Source: a virus
IMG/VR virus record: IMGVR_UViG_3300035145_002457
Span: 20,587-84,586 of that record
Direction: 5' to 3' (one strand)
Length of the DNA stretch: 64,000 nucleotides
This document shows positions 63,287 to 64,000 of the stretch, in pieces. Under the pieces are notes generated by a model, which searched no databases, was not told the DNA's origin, and saw nothing but the letters and a program-made list of their open reading frames with translations. Position 1 is the first letter of the stretch; every line of letters begins with the position of its first letter. The translations under genes were made by a program, and so were the position numbers.

Positions 63287-64000
63287 ATTCTAAGTCCTCA
63301 AGTTTTTGTTCGTCTAATATTAATTCATCATCGTCTTGTGTTTCTTCAACATCAAAAAGTTCAGCAAACTTAGGTCTTGCACTAACTATCTTTTTGCCAG
63401 TATAACCTCTTGTTCCTCTTATACTCATTAAGAACTTTTCGTGTCCTTCGATAACTGCAATGCTTTCTTCTAATGTTGTCTTTGAGAATATTTCTTCCAC
63501 AACATCTCTAAAAAATATCCTGTCAAATTGCTCTTGTACAAGCATTGAAGGAATTGTTCCGTTGTCGTATTGTCTATTTGCTTCTTGTACTGCATTAATG
63601 TGACTCCAAACATTATGACCCATTTGTATTGCATAACTAAATGAGTCCCAGCTAGTCTTCCCTTCTTTACCGATTTTGTTTAGGTCTCCAGGAGCATATG
63701 TACAAACGTCTGATACTTTGAGTTCTGCTGTAATTGGGGAGTCTTCAAAGTTTTTAAATATCCCATCTGAAACAGTAGCGTCTCTAAACAAGCGGTTGTC
63801 TGTAGCATACTTCTTATCGTCAACTGACGGCACCATTCGATATGTCCATTTCGAACGATCCTTTGTTTCATTCTGTATGTATACTTGTCCATTTGCGGTG
63901 GCAAGAAAAGGACTAGCACAATCAAAAGTAATAGTAAAGTTTTCATTGTAATACTTTCTTACTGCACGTTGGATATCTGTTAATAAAAGAGCCCATTCTA
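63258..64000 (-). CDS. TGT/DpdA-like guanine transglycosylase, C-terminal part (runs off the window)
   Basis: The frame is open to the window end: EWALLLTDIQRAVRKY..ENFTITFDCASPFLATANGQ...MGHNVW. FDxxSP and the late HN recall the TGT family, and the context is folE/queE/queD. Confidence 0.5.
   Translation of the reverse strand, partial: EWALLLTDIQRAVRKYYNENFTITFDCASPFLATANGQVYIQNETKDRSKWTYRMVPSVDDKKYATDNRLFRDATVSDGIFKNFEDSPITAELKVSDVCTYAPGDLNKIGKEGKTSWDSFSYAIQMGHNVWSHINAVQEANRQYDNGTIPSMLVQEQFDRIFFRDVVEEIFSKTTLEESIAVIEGHEKFLMSIRGTRGYTGKKIVSARPKFAELFDVEETQDDDELILDEQKLEDLEYEQLHGQTQ

Noticed and set aside
1-64000. Many short antisense or alternate-frame ORFs in the track (for example 10595-11863 -, 28757-29365 -, 49445-50404 +, 61763-62215 +)
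   Set aside because: They lie wholly within longer motif-bearing genes and lack SD sites or recognisable motifs; they are shadow ORFs.
1-64000. Stop-codon reassignment, as in some jumbo phages
   Set aside because: Standard-code ORFs tile the window densely, and TAA, TGA and TAG all occur at evident gene ends.
1-64000. tRNA, rRNA, CRISPR array, integrase or IS element
   Set aside because: Intergenic gaps are nearly all under 100 bp and none showed such patterns by eye. A covariance-model scan was not possible.

Overview
AT-rich (about one third GC by eye) segment of a large tailed dsDNA phage of the jumbo/T4-like myovirus type. It uses the standard genetic code and has Shine-Dalgarno sites, consensus sigma70 promoters and T4-like late (T/G/C)ATAAATA promoters. 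There are four blocks. (1) 1-16.7 kb, + strand: baseplate/tail genes, including a 5'-truncated protein of more than 3000 aa with FG-GAP blades and three paralogous tail-fibre proteins. (2) 16.7-49.1 kb: a tightly packed tailoring island bracketed by tail-fibre genes. It holds 15 radical SAM enzymes in four subfamilies (7 N-terminal twitch, 4 GxxGD/E-type, 3 C-terminal twitch, 1 B12-dependent), about 6 glycosyltransferase-like genes, three 2OG-Fe(II) oxygenases, and a sulfotransferase, methyltransferase, SDR, nitroreductase, two hydrolases, a GNAT-like protein and a nucleotide-sugar dehydrogenase. This is the best candidate for an undescribed system; radical tailoring of a virion or surface glycan is my inference. 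(3) 50.4-57.4 kb, - strand: hypotheticals, a vWA-metallopeptidase/AAA pair and an RNase H/5'-exonuclease. (4) 57.4-64 kb, - strand: a 7-deazaguanine locus (queE, folE, queD-like, TGT/DpdA-like) interleaved with a GT-B glycosyltransferase, a phosphoribosyltransferase and an MBD4-like glycosylase. All family calls come from motif reading, not database searches.
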